DNA from: Mycobacterium tuberculosis H37Rv
GTDB lineage: Bacteria > Actinomycetota > Actinomycetes > Mycobacteriales > Mycobacteriaceae
NCBI RefSeq assembly: GCF_000195955.2
Contig: NC_000962.3
Span: 2,040,001-2,072,000, forward strand
DNA length: 32,000 bases
Reading direction: 5' to 3'
Part shown: positions 18,256-28,975 of the stretch, in pieces
Position numbering within the stretch: position 1 is the first letter of the stretch
How the letters are laid out: each line of letters starts with the position of its first letter
Program-made: the position numbers and the translations under genes
Notes under the pieces: generated by a model
The model's database searches: none
What the model saw: only the letters and a program-made list of their open reading frames with translations
Told to the model about the DNA's origin: nothing

Positions 18256-18960
18256 TTGTGTCAGACTTGCCGCGTGGGCAAACGCCGGGATGCGAGGGAA
18301 CAGATCGAGGCGAAAATTGTCGAACTCGGCCGTCGCCAGCTGCTGGATCACGGCGCGGCCGGGTTGTCGCTTCGGGCAATTGCCCGCAACCTGGGCATGG
18401 TGTCCTCGGCCGTATACCGCTATGTGTCCAGTCGTGATGAGCTGTTGACTTTGCTGCTCGTCGACGCCTACTCCGACCTGGCCGATACCGTGGACCGAGC
18501 CCGCGACGACACCGTCGCCGACTCGTGGAGTGACGACGTCATCGCAATCGCTCGAGCGGTGCGCGGTTGGGCAGTCACTAACCCCGCCCGCTGGGCCTTG
18601 CTATACGGTAGCCCGGTTCCTGGTTATCACGCGCCGCCTGACCGTACCGCGGGCGTCGCCACCCGCGTGGTCGGAGCGTTCTTCGACGCGATCGCCGCGG
18701 GAATCGCCACCGGAGACATCAGGTTAACCGATGACGTTGCGCCGCAGCCGATGTCATCGGACTTCGAAAAGATCCGGCAGGAGTTCGGCTTTCCCGGCGA
18801 CGATCGTGTCGTCACAAAGTGCTTTCTGCTCTGGGCGGGCGTGGTGGGCGCGATCAGCCTGGAGGTATTCGGTCAGTACGGGGCCGACATGCTAACCGAT
18901 CCAGGAGTGGTTTTCGATGCCCAGACACGGCTGCTGGTGGCCGTGCTGGCCGAGCATTGA
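18256..18960 (+). CDS. TetR-family transcriptional regulator (234 aa, TTG start)
   Basis: N-terminal helix-turn-helix: GAAGLSLRAIARNLGMVSSAVYRYVSSRDELL. The C-terminal ligand domain is helical. Corresponds to the Rv1816 position. Confidence 0.88.
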   Translation: MCQTCRVGKRRDAREQIEAKIVELGRRQLLDHGAAGLSLRAIARNLGMVSSAVYRYVSSRDELLTLLLVDAYSDLADTVDRARDDTVADSWSDDVIAIARAVRGWAVTNPARWALLYGSPVPGYHAPPDRTAGVATRVVGAFFDAIAAGIATGDIRLTDDVAPQPMSSDFEKIRQEFGFPGDDRVVTKCFLLWAGVVGAISLEVFGQYGADMLTDPGVVFDAQTRLLVAVLAEH

Positions 18961-19430
18961 AGCTGCTGCAATCGGCGTGTCCAGCCGGAATTAGAACGTG
19001 TTCACTCAAGGCTACCAGTGCTGACACTTGCGGTGGTGGCAAATGCAATCTGAGCCCTTTCTGGCCTCTGGCAAGCTGGGCTGTCCTGCGAGACGCTCAT
19101 CCTTCTCGTTCTGTCGCTGATACAGATCGCAGGGGTTACCCCCGGACCTAGAAGCCGCCGAAACGGCTCTCACCGGCTTGTTAGGCGTCCGGAAGCGGAT
19201 TCGGATGCGCGATGTCCGCTTTGCGCACGACACCTGTAGCAGTCTGGGCAAGCCCGCGATGTCGTCGCGAGTATCTCGTTGAGCTATCTCGGAGAGATGC
19301 CCTTCGAGTTAGTATCGTCGGTTCGTGTAGAGAATATCTATAGTGACTTTTGCGGGACTGTGGGCCGGGTCTACACCAGGGGCTCGAAGCCGCATTGGCC
19401 GAAGCAAGCGGAGGTGCAAGTGCCGACATG

Positions 19431-19600
19431 AGCGGCGCCAATGAGCCGCGCCGGCGACGATGCAGTGGGGGTACCGCCCGCTTGCGGGGGACGAAGCGAT
19501 GACGAGGAGCGGCGCCAATGAGCCGCGCCGGCGACGATGCAGTGGGGGTACCGCCCGCTTGCGGGGGACGAAGCGATGACGAGGAGCGGCGCCAATGAGC
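19431..19600 (+). repeat. MIRU tandem repeat, 77-bp unit x2 plus a 16-nt partial third unit (most likely MIRU-20 / VNTR 2059)
   Basis: Units 19431-19507 and 19508-19584 are identical. 19585-19600 repeats the first 16 nt and contains the ATG of the next gene. Confidence 0.9.
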
Positions 19601-21058
19601 ACCGACATACCCGCCACCGTTAGTGCGGAGACCGTGACGTCCTGGTCGGATGACGTCGATGTAACGGTGATTGGTTTCGGCATCGCCGGCGGTTGCGCGG
19701 CGGTCAGCGCGGCCGCCGCCGGCGCCCGGGTACTGGTGCTCGAACGTGCCGCCGCGGCGGGCGGCACCACCGCGCTTGCCGGGGGGCACTTCTACCTGGG
19801 GGGCGGAACCACGGTGCAGCTGGCGACCGGTCATCCCGATTCACCCGAGGAGATGTACAAGTACCTGGTCGCGGTCTCCCGAGAGCCCGATCACGACAAG
19901 ATTCGCGCCTATTGCGACGGCAGCGTCGAGCATTTCAACTGGTTGGAGGGCCTGGGTTTTCAGTTCGAGCGTAGTTACTTTCCCGGCAAGGCTGTGATTC
20001 AACCCAACACCGAGGGCTTGATGTTCACCGGAAATGAGAAGGTGTGGCCATTCCTGGAGTTGGCGGTGCCGGCACCGCGCGGGCACAAGGTACCCGTGCC
20101 GGGCGACACCGGCGGTGCCGCCATGGTGATCGACCTGCTGCTCAAGCGAGCCGCAAGCCTGGGGATACAGATCCGCTACGAGACGGGCGCCACCGAGCTC
20201 ATCGTGGACGGGACCGGCAAGGTAACCGGGGTGATGTGGAAGCGGTTCTCCGAAACCGGTGCAATCAAAGCGAAGTCGGTAATCATCGCGGCCGGCGGAT
20301 TCGTGATGAACCCGGACATGGTGGCCAAATACACTCCGAAACTGGCCGAGAAGCCGTTCGTGCTGGGCAACACCTACGACGACGGGTTGGGCATCCGGCT
20401 GGGTGTATCAGCCGGCGGCGCCACCCAACACATGGACCAGATGTTCATCACGGCTCCGCCGTACCCGCCGTCGATCTTGCTCACCGGCATCATCGTCAAC
20501 AAACTCGGACAGCGGTTCGTCGCCGAGGACTCCTACCATTCCAGGACCGCTGGGTTCATCATGGAACAGCCAGACAGCGCGGCGTATTTGATCGTCGACG
20601 AAGCCCACCTGGAGCACCCCAAGATGCCGCTAGTCCCGTTGATCGACGGCTGGGAAACGGTTGTGGAAATGGAAGCCGCGCTTGGCATTCCACCGGGCAA
20701 CCTGGCGGCGACGCTGGACCGCTACAACGCCTACGCCGCGCGCGGCGCAGATCCCGATTTCCACAAGCAGCCGGAATTCCTTGCAGCACAAGACAACGGG
20801 CCGTGGGGGGCGTTCGACATGTCGCTGGGCAAGGCGATGTATGCCGGATTCACTCTGGGCGGGCTGGCCACGTCGGTGGACGGTCAAGTACTGCGCGACG
20901 ACGGCGCGGTGGTGGCCGGCCTGTACGCGGTCGGGGCATGCGCGTCCAATATCGCCCAGGACGGCAAGGGATATGCCAGCGGGACCCAGCTGGGTGAGGG
21001 GTCGTTTTTCGGGCGTCGCGCCGGAGCGCATGCGGCAGCCCGAGCGCAGGGCATGTAA
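19595..21058 (+). CDS. FAD-binding flavoprotein, fumarate reductase / KstD-like dehydrogenase family (487 aa)
   Basis: N-terminal motif VIGFGIAGGCAAVSAAAAGARVLVLER (GxGxxG) and C-terminal motif GLYAVGACA. Corresponds to the Rv1817 position. Confidence 0.92.
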   Translation: MSTDIPATVSAETVTSWSDDVDVTVIGFGIAGGCAAVSAAAAGARVLVLERAAAAGGTTALAGGHFYLGGGTTVQLATGHPDSPEEMYKYLVAVSREPDHDKIRAYCDGSVEHFNWLEGLGFQFERSYFPGKAVIQPNTEGLMFTGNEKVWPFLELAVPAPRGHKVPVPGDTGGAAMVIDLLLKRAASLGIQIRYETGATELIVDGTGKVTGVMWKRFSETGAIKAKSVIIAAGGFVMNPDMVAKYTPKLAEKPFVLGNTYDDGLGIRLGVSAGGATQHMDQMFITAPPYPPSILLTGIIVNKLGQRFVAEDSYHSRTAGFIMEQPDSAAYLIVDEAHLEHPKMPLVPLIDGWETVVEMEAALGIPPGNLAATLDRYNAYAARGADPDFHKQPEFLAAQDNGPWGAFDMSLGKAMYAGFTLGGLATSVDGQVLRDDGAVVAGLYAVGACASNIAQDGKGYASGTQLGEGSFFGRRAGAHAAARAQGM

Positions 21059-21177
21059 GCCTCCTCGCGCCGCGACTGGGAATCCTGCGACGCGACACGC
21101 CGACAAGGCGTCGTGAGATTCACAGTCGCAGCGCGGCTTCAGGTAAGACGCCGGGAGCGCGGTAGCCGGCCTCCCGG

Positions 21178-22674
21178 CTACGGTAACCCGTTCATCCCGT
21201 TCTTACCCAACAGCCCGCCGGCACCGCCGGTGCCCGCGCTGCCGTTAGGTGTGCCACTCCCGGCGTTGCCGCCGTTGCCGCCGTTGCCGACCAGGATGGC
21301 ACCGCCGCCAGCGCCGCCGTCACCGCCCTTGGCACCGGTGCCGTTTCCTCCGGCGCCGCCGTCACCGCCGTCGCCGATCAGCCCGGCTTTGCCGCCGAGC
21401 CCACCGGCGCCCCCGGCACCGCCGAAGCCGAATCCGCCGGCGCCGCCGGCACCAAACAGCAGGCCCGCAGTGCCGCCGTTTCCGCCGGCGCCGCCCACCC
21501 CGGTAGCGCCACCGCCGAGTGCGCCGGCGCCGCCGGCCCCGCCGGCGCCTACCAGCAGGCCGGCGTTGCCGCCCGCCCCGCCGGCACCGCCGGTAGTGGA
21601 CCCGACCCCACCCGCGCCGCCGGCACCGCCGTCGCCCCAGAGCAGGGCGGACCCGCCGGACCCCCCGGCACCGCCGTTCCCGACCAATCCGATTCCGCCG
21701 GCGCCGCCGGCCCCACCGACGCCGAACAGCCCACCGGCCCCGCCGGCACCACCGGGCCCGCCGGGGGCGGTGCCCAGGAATGCCACACCGTCACCGCCAA
21801 CACCGCCCACCCCGCCGGCGCCGAACAGGAGCCCGCCATTGCCGCCGGCCCCGCCGGCACCGCCGGTGACATTAGTGCCGGTGCCGCCGGCCCCGCCGGC
21901 ACCGCCCACGCCGAAGAACAACCCGCCGTCTCCGCCGGCCCCGCCGTCACCGGCGTCAGCCGCGAGTCCGCCGACGCCGCCGGCCCCGCCGGCGCCGAAC
22001 AGCAGCCCGCCATTGCCGCCGGCCCCGCCGGCCCCACCAATACCGCCCACCCCACCACCGGCGCGTCCGCCGGCGCCGCCGGCCCCGCCGGCGCCGTAGA
22101 GCAGCCCGCCGGCCCCGCCGGCCCCGCCGAACCCTGCGGTGCCGGACGCTACGTTCCCCCCGGCGCCGCCGGCCCCGCCGTTGCCGAACAGGCCAGCGGC
22201 TCCGCCGTTGCCCCCGGGCATGCCGGCCGCGCCGGAGCCGCCGGCCCCGCCGTTGCCGATCAAGATTCCGCCGTCGCCGCCGTTTGCCCCGGTCCCCGGG
22301 GCCCCGTTGGCTCCGTTACCGATCAGTGGGCGCCCCAACAGCGCCAGGGCGGGGGCGTTGATCACGTCGAGCACACCCTCTAGCGGGGCCGCGCTGGCGG
22401 CCTCGGCGGCCGCATACGAGCCCGCCCCGGCGGTGAGCGCCCGCACGAACTGCTCGTGAAACAGCGCCGCCTGGGCGCTCAGCGCCTGATAGGCCTGGGC
22501 GTGTCCGGAGAACAATGCCGCCATCGCCGCCGACACCTCATCGGCGGCGGCGGCCAACACCGTCGTGGTCGGGACCGCGGCGGCCGCGTTGGCGGTGCCG
22601 ATCGTCGACCCGATACCCGCCAAATCGGTCGCCACCGCCGCTAGCGCCTCCGGGATCGTGACCACAAATGACAT
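21178..22674 (-). CDS. PE_PGRS33: PE_PGRS family protein (498 aa from the ATG at 22674)
   Basis: Canonical PE start [37 protein letters not shown]..., with SYAAAEAA (YxxxE), followed by GGAGG-rich PGRS repeats. The track ORF adds 20 upstream codons that I do not consider real. Confidence 0.93.
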   Translation of the reverse strand: MSFVVTIPEALAAVATDLAGIGSTIGTANAAAAVPTTTVLAAAADEVSAAMAALFSGHAQAYQALSAQAALFHEQFVRALTAGAGSYAAAEAASAAPLEGVLDVINAPALALLGRPLIGNGANGAPGTGANGGDGGILIGNGGAGGSGAAGMPGGNGGAAGLFGNGGAGGAGGNVASGTAGFGGAGGAGGLLYGAGGAGGAGGRAGGGVGGIGGAGGAGGNGGLLFGAGGAGGVGGLAADAGDGGAGGDGGLFFGVGGAGGAGGTGTNVTGGAGGAGGNGGLLFGAGGVGGVGGDGVAFLGTAPGGPGGAGGAGGLFGVGGAGGAGGIGLVGNGGAGGSGGSALLWGDGGAGGAGGVGSTTGGAGGAGGNAGLLVGAGGAGGAGALGGGATGVGGAGGNGGTAGLLFGAGGAGGFGFGGAGGAGGLGGKAGLIGDGGDGGAGGNGTGAKGGDGGAGGGAILVGNGGNGGNAGSGTPNGSAGTGGAGGLLGKNGMNGLP

Positions 22675-22808
22675 CTGGCACCTCGTCAACACCCTGTGGC
22701 CCCGGCGCGGGGCCGCTACCGATCGCCTGGTCACTCCCCAGAGATCGACGGATTCAGCGTATCGCGATCACGGAAGCGGCCACGCCGATTTGGGAAGCTC
22801 GTCCCGGC

Positions 22809-24728
22809 TTACACTTCGGCGGGCGCCGCCTCGACTGGGGCCAGCCGCCATTGGCCGCCACCGAGTAGTTCGAGCTGGTTTTCGTGCAGCCGCTCGAGGG
22901 CGGGGCGATGGCTGACGCTGATCACGATGCAGTCCGGCAGCTCGCTGCGCAGCAATTGGTAGAGCGCAAACTCCAGCCCGGTGTCCAGCGCCGAGGTACT
23001 TTCGTCGAGGAAGACCGCCTTGGGTTTGGTGAGCAGGATGCGAGCAAAGGCAACACGTTGCTGCTCACCGGGGGAGAGCACCTTGGCCCAGTCGCGTTCC
23101 TCGTCCAGCCGGTCACACAGTGGGGCCAGCGCCACCTTGGTCAGCGTGTCCCGCAGGGTGGCGTCGGGGATGGCGGCCGCAGAGTTGGGGTAGCACACCA
23201 CGTCACGCAGCGTCCCCAGCGGCACATACGGCAACTGCGACAAGAACATCGTCTCGTTCTCGCCGCCCGGCCGGTGCAGGGTCCCCGATGCGTAGGGCCA
23301 CAGTTCCGCCAGACTGCGCAGCAGCGTGGTCTTGCCGGCCCCAGAACGCCCGGTGATCACCAGCGAGCCTCCGCGGTCCAGCCGCACATCGAGCGGGTCG
23401 ATCAACCGATCGCCGGCAGGCGTACGCACCTCGATGTCGTTGAGCTCGACGGACTCGTCGTCGCTCGGTCGGGTCAGGACCGCGGGCAGGGCGCGGCCTT
23501 TCTCGTTGGCGTCGACCAGCCCATGCAATCGGATGATTGCTGCGCGGAAGGACGCAAACGCGTCGTAGTTGTTGCGGAAGAACGACAACGAGTCGTGAAT
23601 GTTGCCGAAGGAAGTCGCCGTCTGCCCGACATCGCCGAAGTCGATCTGCCCGGCGAATAATCGAGGCGCCTGGATGACCCACGGCAACGGAACAATTGTC
23701 TGGCTCACCGACAGATTCCATCCATTGAATGCGATGCTGCGCCGAACGTAGCGACGGTAATTGTCGATCACCGGCGTGAACCGCCGCTGTAGCTGGGTAC
23801 CTTCCACCCGCTCGCCGCGGTAGAAACCCACCGCCTCGGCGGCGTCGCGTAGCCGAACCAGCGCGTAACGGAAAGCGGCATTGAGCTTTTCATTGCGGAA
23901 GCTGAGCCAGATCAGGGGCCGCCCGATGATGAACGAGATGACCGTGGCCACGAACACATAGACCAGCACGGTCCAGAACATTGCGCGCGGGATGGACACG
24001 CCGAAGATATTCAGGGTGCCCGAGAGATTCCACAGGATCGCTGTGAAAGAAATCACCGAAATGATCGACTGCACGGCCCCGAAAAGCAGCGTGCTGGCCG
24101 TCCCGTTGGAGGGAGCATTCGGAGTGCCGCCTGCCCCGGCGGTGAAGATATCGACGTCTTGCTGAATGCGCTGGTCGGGGTTGTCGATCGTTTCGTCGAT
24201 GAACAGGTCTCGGTAGTAGGCCCTGCCGTCGAGCCAGTCTTGTGTGAGGTGGTGGGTTAGCCAGACCCTCCAGGCGATGATGAAGCGCTGCGTCAAGTAG
24301 ATGTCGGCCATGACCCGGGTCACGTGCAGCACGGCCATCACGCTGAAAACCCCGATCGACATCCAAAATCCTCGCACGCCTGAGCGTTTGACCGTGCCAT
24401 CGCCAGAGGCGATGCCCTCGAAGGCCTTCTGCAAGGCCGTGTACATGTCGTTGCCTTGGTAGCTGAATAGCACATTCAGGCGCACTGCCAGCACTACCGA
24501 AAGCAACAACACGCCGAGCATCAGCCACACGCGAACGCTGTTGGGGCCAACGAAGTATGCGCGGGTGATCCGCCAGAACTGCCGGCCCCAGGGCGTCAAA
24601 TACCTGAGCAGAACCAATATCGCGAGCACACAGATGGCACTGATCGTCCAGGCTTTGCCGACCCAATACACGGAATCCGGGAATGCTCTAGACCAATCGA
24701 TGGACGGCTTAAACAATTTCGGGCCCAA
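22809..24728 (-). CDS. bacA: BacA/SbmA-like ABC transporter, fused TMD-NBD (639 aa from the TTG at 24728)
   Basis: Walker [13 protein letters not shown] signature LSPGEQQR and Walker B VFLDEST in the C-terminal half, with a polytopic N-terminal half. The annotated-type start [12 protein letters not shown] is a TTG. The track ORF runs 63 codons further upstream. Confidence 0.9.
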
Positions 24729-24798
24729 GGTCGACGTCTCCTCACAAACAGAAATCCTTCGGGCGAAGGTACCCGAAGGTTGTCGATAGGCTGCCGAT

Positions 24799-26442
24799 AT
24801 GAGCACCGACACCGCCCCGGCCCAGACCATGCATGCTGGCCGGCTTATCGCGCGCCGACTTAAAGCCAGTGGTATCGACACGGTCTTCACGTTGTCGGGC
24901 GGCCACCTGTTTTCCATCTACGACGGCTGCCGTGAGGAGGGCATCCGCCTGATCGACACCCGCCACGAACAAACCGCCGCCTTTGCCGCCGAAGGCTGGT
25001 CGAAGGTGACCAGGGTGCCGGGCGTGGCCGCGCTCACCGCGGGGCCGGGGATCACCAACGGGATGAGCGCGATGGCGGCGGCCCAGCAGAACCAGTCACC
25101 ACTGGTGGTGCTCGGCGGCCGGGCGCCGGCGCTGCGCTGGGGTATGGGCTCCCTGCAGGAGATCGATCACGTGCCGTTTGTGGCGCCGGTGGCCCGCTTC
25201 GCCGCTACAGCGCAGTCAGCCGAGAACGCGGGCCTGCTGGTCGATCAGGCGTTGCAGGCGGCGGTGAGTGCGCCGTCGGGTGTGGCATTCGTCGACTTCC
25301 CGATGGATCACGCGTTCTCCATGTCCTCAGACAATGGCCGCCCCGGCGCGCTCACCGAGCTACCGGCCGGTCCCACCCCAGCCGGCGACGCCCTGGACCG
25401 GGCGGCGGGCCTGCTTTCGACGGCCCAGCGTCCGGTCATCATGGCAGGTACCAACGTCTGGTGGGGCCATGCGGAGGCGGCATTGCTGCGTCTTGTCGAG
25501 GAACGGCACATTCCGGTGCTGATGAACGGGATGGCGCGCGGCGTGGTGCCCGCCGATCACCGGTTGGCCTTCTCACGGGCGCGGTCAAAAGCGCTGGGGG
25601 AGGCTGATGTCGCGCTGATCGTCGGTGTGCCGATGGATTTCCGTCTGGGCTTCGGTGGGGTATTCGGGTCGACAACGCAGCTCATCGTGGCAGACCGCGT
25701 CGAACCCGCACGCGAACATCCGCGACCAGTCGCGGCGGGGCTCTATGGGGATCTGACCGCCACCCTTTCGGCGCTGGCCGGATCTGGCGGCACCGACCAC
25801 CAGGGCTGGATCGAGGAGCTCGCGACGGCCGAGACCATGGCGCGTGATCTCGAGAAGGCCGAGCTGGTCGATGACCGGATCCCATTGCATCCGATGCGGG
25901 TGTACGCCGAGCTGGCCGCGCTGCTGGAGCGGGATGCTCTAGTCGTTATCGATGCGGGCGATTTCGGGTCGTACGCCGGCCGGATGATCGACAGCTATCT
26001 GCCAGGCTGTTGGCTGGACAGCGGTCCGTTTGGCTGCCTGGGGTCGGGTCCCGGCTACGCCCTGGCTGCCAAACTGGCGCGGCCGCAGCGCCAGGTCGTG
26101 CTCTTGCAGGGCGACGGCGCGTTCGGGTTCAGCGGCATGGAATGGGACACGCTGGTTCGGCACAACGTGGCGGTCGTGTCAGTGATCGGCAACAACGGCA
26201 TCTGGGGTTTGGAGAAGCACCCGATGGAAGCGTTGTACGGCTATTCGGTGGTGGCCGAACTGCGCCCGGGAACCCGCTACGACGAGGTGGTGCGCGCACT
26301 GGGCGGCCACGGCGAGCTGGTGTCGGTGCCCGCTGAACTTCGGCCGGCGCTGGAACGGGCCTTTGCCAGTGGCCTGCCCGCTGTGGTCAACGTGCTCACC
26401 GACCCAAGCGTGGCTTATCCACGCCGATCCAACCTGGCTTGA
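24799..26442 (+). CDS. ilvG: Thiamine-diphosphate-dependent acetolactate synthase large-subunit-like enzyme (547 aa)
   Basis: The N-terminal ThDP pyrimidine-binding domain contains the conserved Glu ([12 protein letters not shown]). C-terminal ThDP motif [30 protein letters not shown]. Confidence 0.92.
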
Positions 26443-26456
26443 CGTCCAGCCGGGCC

Positions 26457-28883
26457 GTGAACGTGCACGGTTGTCCACGAATTGCGGCCTGTCGGTGTAC
26501 AGACACGCACCCTCGCGGCCGGCCGGCATTCGCGTACCGTTGGTTTGTGCCCAAGACCACCCGCGCTCAACCCGGCCGGCTGAGCAGCCGATTCTGGCGA
26601 TTGCTCGGCGCCAGCACCGAAAAGAACCGGAGCCGCTCCCTGGCGGATGTAACCGCTTCGGCAGAATACGACAAGGAAGCTGCCGATCTGTCCGACGAGA
26701 AGCTGCGTAAGGCGGCAGGCCTGCTCAACCTCGACGACCTCGCGGAGTCCGCCGATATCCCGCAGTTTCTCGCGATTGCCCGGGAAGCCGCCGAGCGGAG
26801 GACCGGGCTGCGACCATTTGATGTGCAGTTGCTTGGCGCGTTGCGCATGCTCGCCGGAGACGTGATCGAGATGGCCACCGGTGAGGGCAAAACCCTTGCC
26901 GGGGCGATCGCGGCCGCCGGTTATGCGCTGGCCGGCCGGCACGTGCACGTCGTGACGATTAACGATTACCTGGCCCGCCGCGATGCGGAGTGGATGGGCC
27001 CGCTGCTGGACGCGATGGGCCTGACGGTCGGCTGGATCACCGCGGACTCGACCCCTGACGAGCGCCGGACCGCATATGACCGTGATGTCACCTATGCCTC
27101 GGTCAACGAGATTGGCTTCGATGTACTGCGCGATCAGTTGGTGACTGATGTCAATGACCTGGTATCGCCCAATCCAGACGTGGCTCTCATCGACGAAGCC
27201 GACTCCGTGCTGGTCGACGAGGCGCTGGTGCCCCTGGTGCTGGCCGGAACCACACATCGTGAGACGCCGCGGCTGGAGATCATCCGGCTGGTCGCTGAGC
27301 TTGTTGGCGACAAGGACGCCGACGAGTACTTTGCCACCGATTCCGATAACCGCAATGTCCACTTGACCGAGCACGGGGCACGCAAAGTCGAGAAAGCGCT
27401 CGGTGGCATCGACCTGTACTCCGAGGAGCACGTCGGCACCACACTGACTGAGGTCAATGTCGCGCTGCACGCGCATGTGCTCCTGCAACGCGACGTGCAC
27501 TACATCGTCCGCGACGACGCGGTGCACCTGATCAACGCGTCGCGTGGCCGTATCGCGCAACTGCAGCGCTGGCCGGACGGGTTGCAAGCTGCGGTCGAGG
27601 CCAAGGAAGGTATCGAGACCACGGAAACTGGGGAAGTGCTCGACACCATCACGGTGCAGGCCCTGATCAACCGGTATGCGACTGTGTGCGGAATGACGGG
27701 AACCGCGCTGGCCGCCGGTGAGCAGCTACGGCAGTTCTACCAGCTCGGTGTCTCACCGATACCACCGAACAAGCCAAACATCCGCGAGGACGAGGCCGAC
27801 CGGGTCTACATCACCACTGCAGCCAAGAACGACGGGATCGTCGAGCACATCACCGAGGTGCACCAGAGGGGGCAGCCTGTGCTGGTCGGTACCCGCGACG
27901 TGGCCGAATCCGAGGAACTGCACGAACGCCTGGTGCGCCGCGGTGTGCCCGCCGTGGTGCTCAACGCGAAGAACGACGCCGAGGAGGCCCGGGTCATCGC
28001 CGAGGCCGGCAAATACGGCGCGGTCACGGTGTCAACTCAAATGGCCGGGCGCGGCACCGACATCAGGCTCGGCGGGTCCGACGAAGCTGACCACGACAGG
28101 GTCGCGGAATTGGGCGGCCTGCACGTGGTCGGCACTGGCCGTCACCACACCGAGCGGCTAGACAACCAGCTGCGCGGTCGGGCCGGGCGCCAGGGAGATC
28201 CCGGGTCGTCGGTGTTTTTCTCAAGCTGGGAAGACGATGTCGTTGCGGCCAACCTCGACCACAACAAGCTGCCGATGGCAACCGACGAAAATGGCCGGAT
28301 TGTCAGCCCGAGGACGGGTAGTCTGCTCGACCATGCCCAGCGCGTTGCCGAGGGCCGGTTATTGGATGTGCACGCCAACACGTGGCGCTACAACCAGCTG
28401 ATCGCCCAGCAGCGCGCCATCATCGTCGAACGGCGTAACACGTTGTTGCGCACCGTAACCGCGCGTGAGGAACTCGCCGAACTGGCGCCTAAGCGGTACG
28501 AGGAGCTGTCCGACAAAGTATCCGAGGAACGCCTCGAGACGATTTGTCGGCAGATCATGCTGTATCACCTCGACCGTGGCTGGGCCGATCACCTGGCGTA
28601 TCTGGCCGACATCCGGGAGAGCATCCATCTACGCGCGCTGGGCCGGCAGAACCCACTCGACGAGTTTCACCGGATGGCTGTGGACGCGTTCGCGTCGCTG
28701 GCCGCCGACGCCATCGAGGCGGCTCAACAGACGTTCGAAACCGCGAACGTCCTTGACCACGAGCCGGGGCTGGACCTGTCCAAACTGGCCCGGCCGACGT
28801 CGACATGGACCTACATGGTCAATGACAACCCACTGTCCGATGACACGCTTTCTGCCCTCAGTCTGCCCGGGGTGTTCCGCTGA
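26457..28883 (+). CDS. secA2: Accessory Sec translocase ATPase SecA2 (808 aa from the GTG at 26457; the GTG at 26547, giving 778 aa, is probably the real start)
   Basis: Walker [14 protein letters not shown]-like [13 protein letters not shown] and motor motif [14 protein letters not shown]. It is shorter than SecA1-type proteins. Confidence 0.93.
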   Translation: MNVHGCPRIAACRCTDTHPRGRPAFAYRWFVPKTTRAQPGRLSSRFWRLLGASTEKNRSRSLADVTASAEYDKEAADLSDEKLRKAAGLLNLDDLAESADIPQFLAIAREAAERRTGLRPFDVQLLGALRMLAGDVIEMATGEGKTLAGAIAAAGYALAGRHVHVVTINDYLARRDAEWMGPLLDAMGLTVGWITADSTPDERRTAYDRDVTYASVNEIGFDVLRDQLVTDVNDLVSPNPDVALIDEADSVLVDEALVPLVLAGTTHRETPRLEIIRLVAELVGDKDADEYFATDSDNRNVHLTEHGARKVEKALGGIDLYSEEHVGTTLTEVNVALHAHVLLQRDVHYIVRDDAVHLINASRGRIAQLQRWPDGLQAAVEAKEGIETTETGEVLDTITVQALINRYATVCGMTGTALAAGEQLRQFYQLGVSPIPPNKPNIREDEADRVYITTAAKNDGIVEHITEVHQRGQPVLVGTRDVAESEELHERLVRRGVPAVVLNAKNDAEEARVIAEAGKYGAVTVSTQMAGRGTDIRLGGSDEADHDRVAELGGLHVVGTGRHHTERLDNQLRGRAGRQGDPGSSVFFSSWEDDVVAANLDHNKLPMATDENGRIVSPRTGSLLDHAQRVAEGRLLDVHANTWRYNQLIAQQRAIIVERRNTLLRTVTAREELAELAPKRYEELSDKVSEERLETICRQIMLYHLDRGWADHLAYLADIRESIHLRALGRQNPLDEFHRMAVDAFASLAADAIEAAQQTFETANVLDHEPGLDLSKLARPTSTWTYMVNDNPLSDDTLSALSLPGVFR

Positions 28884-28903
28884 GCTGCCCAGCGTAAGCG
28901 CCG

Positions 28904-28955
28904 AGCGTAACGCCACTGCGAAATTTCGGGCAGAAAATCGCAGTGGCGTTACGCT
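28904..28955 (+). terminator. Perfect 17-bp inverted repeat (stem-loop) 21 nt after the secA2 stop; candidate T-tract-less terminator or RNA-stabilising hairpin
   Basis: agcgtaacgccactgcg (28904-28920) is the exact reverse complement of cgcagtggcgttacgct (28939-28955). The loop is 18 nt. No U-tract follows. Confidence 0.5.
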
Positions 28956-28975
28956 CGCGGCTAGGGGTGCCCCCA

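Noticed and set aside
18994-19003. gaacgtgttc, a possible LexA/SOS-box-like palindrome downstream of the TetR gene.
   Set aside because: The mycobacterial SOS box is GAAC-N4-GTTC. Here the half-sites are spaced by only 2 nt and the flanks do not match, so I consider this a chance occurrence.
21113-22099. 328-aa proline-rich ORF on the + strand. Similar Pro-rich ORFs lie at 4966-6463 (+), along with many 60-170 aa ORFs inside both PGRS regions.
   Set aside because: They are the reverse-complement or shifted reading of GGC/GCC-rich PGRS repeats, where Gly codons read antisense give Pro/Ala. They have no start context or independent motif and are nested entirely within PE_PGRS genes.
26415-27587. 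390-aa minus-strand ORF antisense to secA2. Comparable cases are 17570-18379 (-) antisense to Rv1815, 16557-17129 (-) antisense to erg3, 22884-23660 (+) antisense to bacA, and 13374-14030 (-) with 13325-14128 (+) over mgtC.
   Set aside because: These are long shadow ORFs, expected at this GC content. They have no motifs and unusual Arg-rich composition, and in every case the opposite or other frame encodes a protein with clear family signatures.
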